This document shows, piece by piece, positions 61,179 to 64,000 of a stretch of 64,000 nucleotides of DNA; the stretch's first letter is position 1, and every line of letters begins with the position of its first letter. This DNA comes from Dimorphilus gyrociliatus (lineage: Eukaryota; Animalia; Annelida). The notes under the pieces are model-generated. The model searched no databases. It was not told the DNA's origin and worked only from the letters and a program-made list of their open reading frames with translations. Both the position numbers and the translations under genes were made by a program. The stretch is taken from assembly GCA_904063045.1 (NCBI GenBank), contig CAJFCJ010000009.1:2604968-2668967 (forward strand). Direction: 5' to 3'.

Positions 61179-61881
61179 TTATGAAAGCGGACATATAGAT
61201 ACTGGAACAGTAGAATGGTGAAGAACGTAGTCGCTCACGCTTCCCAAAACTGTTCTTCGTACGGTTCCGAGACCACGCGTCCCCATAACTATCATGTCGG
61301 CTTTTTCTTTCTTAGCCATATGACATAAATGCTGTCCAGCATTACTCCCAACTTCTGCTCTAGTCTTGTACGGAATCTAAAAATTAATGACATTTAAAAA
61401 ATTGTTTTTTTTTATTCCATCGATTACAAGTGATAGAAGCTCACCCCATTTGCTTTCAATGATGTTCCATAGGTGGAAAGTAGGTCTTTAACCCTCTTCT
61501 CATCCTCAGCTACCATAGCTTTCCACTGCTCTTGAGGTAATGCTAATCCGGCTGAATATTTATATAGGATTTTTTTTGGAATATTAAATAGATTGACAGA
61601 ACGTTATATTGTCGTCATAAAACGCTACAAATTCGGCGTCTCGAAATTTTTAATACCTCTAAATGCGTAAGCAGGTTGAACTTGAGTGTCTGAAACAGTT
61701 GCCAAGACGACAGAATTATTGCTGCTGTGTAACATCTTCAAATACCCTAATGAAATATAATTGAAACCTTACACCTCTGATAATTTACACACAATTTAAT
61801 ATCGAGCAACTTTCACATACAATCAAAAGCGTTACGGCATTGTTCGCTACCGTCTATTGCGATTAAAACTTTGAAGGTCAT
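61179..61881 (-). CDS. Universal stress protein (UspA domain), 151 aa, exons 61881-61821, 61746-61657, 61551-61445, 61376-61179
   Basis: [18 protein letters not shown]..., [36 protein letters not shown]. Contains the ATP-binding G-2x-G-9x-GS motif. Exon phases are consistent (456 nt). Absent from the ORF track. Confidence 0.92.
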
Positions 61882-63428
61882 ATCTGGCTCAGCACGTTGA
61901 CTAAATAAACGAATATTTCTGTTATTTTTTATAATATATCTTGTAATCGTACAAATCATAGATAAAAACTTTAGAATTTCTTTACGGTAAATAAGGCCAA
62001 TGTTGTTATCTTAACGATATGAAAAGTCTATATGGTCTACAGACAATTATGTATATTTTCTTTTGAATGCTTGTTGACTAGTTTTTGAATTTTTTTACTT
62101 TCTCAAAGAGACATAAACAAAACAGATAAAATTTGGATAAACTAATACATATAAATTTATATAAATATATATATATACTGTATAATTTATATATATATAT
62201 ATATATATGAACTATATAAACGCCAAGTTGGAACTGAGTTTTAATCGCTTGTATATATTTCCTTAAGAACTTTGATAGAAATTTCTATTTTTTGCAACTA
62301 AGATCTATTAATCAATCACAAAATTATTACCTATTTTTTAATTGCTTTCTTCATATGCATATGTTTAAAAATTGTTGATGATGCTTTTAAGTTAATCTTC
62401 CGTGAGTTCTAAATCACATATCAGAAGAAGAAGGAAAATATGGGAAGATTTTAGGCAGGGATAGTTTCATCTCTATGAGTTTATGGAATATAAGGAAGTT
62501 CTTAGCACAAATTTATATATATATAAAGTTATAGAAACTCTAGGGAAGCCAAGAAAATATTAAAATAACTTCATCTATAAAGATAGACTTATGCAGTATG
62601 ATAATAGACACACCAGCATGCAACTCATTTTTATCACAAAACAATGTCAGTATTTATGTCCTCACCCTCGCTACAGCTCTGAATGGCACATTTTATTTTC
62701 ATATACTTGACAGGCTAAGGACTATGTCAGAGGAGTAGATGGTGAAGACTTAAGATAAATTGAAGAAAGGTATCGCAAGCTTCTTGATAAAAAGAAACTC
62801 ATGGCTTAGAGTATAGACTTTACTGATTACCAAACAATGATTTGTATACAGCCTAGGAAGAGACACCAGAGAAAGTTTTCTGTTCGGATTAGGAAAGTAC
62901 AAGCAATTAAAATTGTCCAAGCTCACCTAAATATATATATATATGTAATGTCGATAACAAAAAAAATAAAGTCCTTTGTTGAAAAAGCCACTCAATGGTT
63001 CAATTTTCCAAAAATTTTTGTCTCTTTTTTCTTTAGTCTTTGCTCTCCAATAAAAACCATATATAAATAAATATATATATATATATGATATAAACATAAA
63101 TTTAAATGCTTGTAAATGTACAAAGCAGTAATAGAATGAATATTGAGGCATTTAAAAATATGAATGAATGATTAGAATCCTCTAATTATCTTCCAATGAA
63201 AGAAATTTTTATATTAACATTCTAGATAATTTGCTATATAGTAATTAATTTTATAAAATAGCTACTCTAATATTTTCCATATTTGGAGCATTTACCTCAA
63301 TCAGAGATTTCTTACTATAGGCAAAATTTTTTTTGATAAATTGCCTCGATTTCATTCAATTTACCTCTTGTACTTCGAATTTGATATATATATATATATA
63401 TAGAAATTATATAAGATCAGCGAATTTA

Positions 63429-64000
63429 CTAAGGCTGACTAAGATATTTTCGTTTTGGTAGAACTTTTCGGCAGCATGCTCTCTTCCTCCAGAAATAAAT
63501 GTAGACGCATACAATTAAGAAGACGCTTGCTATGTAAAATACTATGCAAAAACCAACGTCAAATTGCGATAAGAAAAGAACACTTTTGCTATTGTGAATA
63601 AATAATTTTCGCTTTGGATGATCCATAATTATATGTGCTTTAGCATATCTCTTTTTGAGATATTCAACAACATTTGACACGCGAAACTGATTGCTTCTCT
63701 TTTGACAGCTCCAGCATAAAATACGAGATGGAAACTGCAGTTTAACATGTGTAGGATCTTCTGAGGGTGTACCCTTTAAGCGTTTGTTAACTCTATTGTG
63801 AGATCTCCAAAGCCATAAAGCTTCCTGATCTCCTCTAACATCATCTTCAACGTTCTTGGCCATTTTTAAAAAATTCTTACAGCATTCTGTGCAACCAAAG
63901 AAATATTTCACATAGCCTTTCATAGCCATTAAAACTTTTGGAGGATCATTTTTAGCTAGCTTCGACATATATGACGAATGAACAGTCATTACGTGAAATA
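63429..64000 (-). CDS. QSOX: Quiescin sulfhydryl oxidase, C-terminal ERV/ALR domain and TM anchor (partial, continues past the window edge)
   Basis: FHVMTV, YVKYFFGCTEC, LWLWRSHNRVNKRL, SEDPTHVKLQFPS, LCWSC and the C-terminal TM. Confidence 0.9.
   Translation of the reverse strand, partial: FHVMTVHSSYMSKLAKNDPPKVLMAMKGYVKYFFGCTECCKNFLKMAKNVEDDVRGDQEALWLWRSHNRVNKRLKGTPSEDPTHVKLQFPSRILCWSCQKRSNQFRVSNVVEYLKKRYAKAHIIMDHPKRKLFIHNSKSVLFLSQFDVGFCIVFYIASVFLIVCVYIYFWRKRACCRKVLPKRKYLSQP

Noticed and set aside
62618-62935. Stop-poor plus-strand frame containing KDYVRGVDGED..YR, faintly like the piggyBac DY..GVD..D motif
   Set aside because: It has three stops, only a few matching residues and no TIRs or TTAA context. 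A profile search would be needed and I cannot support it from sequence alone.

Overview
This is eukaryotic, AT-rich (about 30% GC by eye), very gene-dense animal DNA with mostly 55-100 nt GT-AG introns. An innexin, a universal stress protein (USP), a CCN gene and a tektin together suggest a lophotrochozoan invertebrate with a compacted genome. A miniature annelid such as Dimorphilus would fit, but that is inference only. Gene order: SLC46-like MFS transporter (+), orphan coiled-coil ORF (+), ARMC8 (-) with five intron-containing tRNA-Ser(GCT) genes nested antisense in one intron, two tandem UBFD1 paralogues (-) sharing a 528-bp identical tract, a 63-aa orphan (+), an ACP7-like purple acid phosphatase (-), a MEGF-type receptor with a single degenerate PTP domain (-), a C1orf50/DUF2452 homologue (-), innexin (-), PSENEN (+), COX5A (+), CCN family (-), a roughly 2,300-2,400-aa EF-hand protein with five super-repeats (-), a small CaaX-ending orphan (+), TEKT4 (+), an EGF/TSP1 membrane protein (-), RPL27A (+), USP (-) and the 3' end of QSOX (-). 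The strongest leads are the tRNA-Ser(GCT) intron array, the giant super-repeat protein in a ciliary neighbourhood, the D2-only receptor pseudophosphatase and the UBFD1 gene-conversion tract. All gene models were assembled by hand and family assignments rest on remembered motifs. No database search was run.
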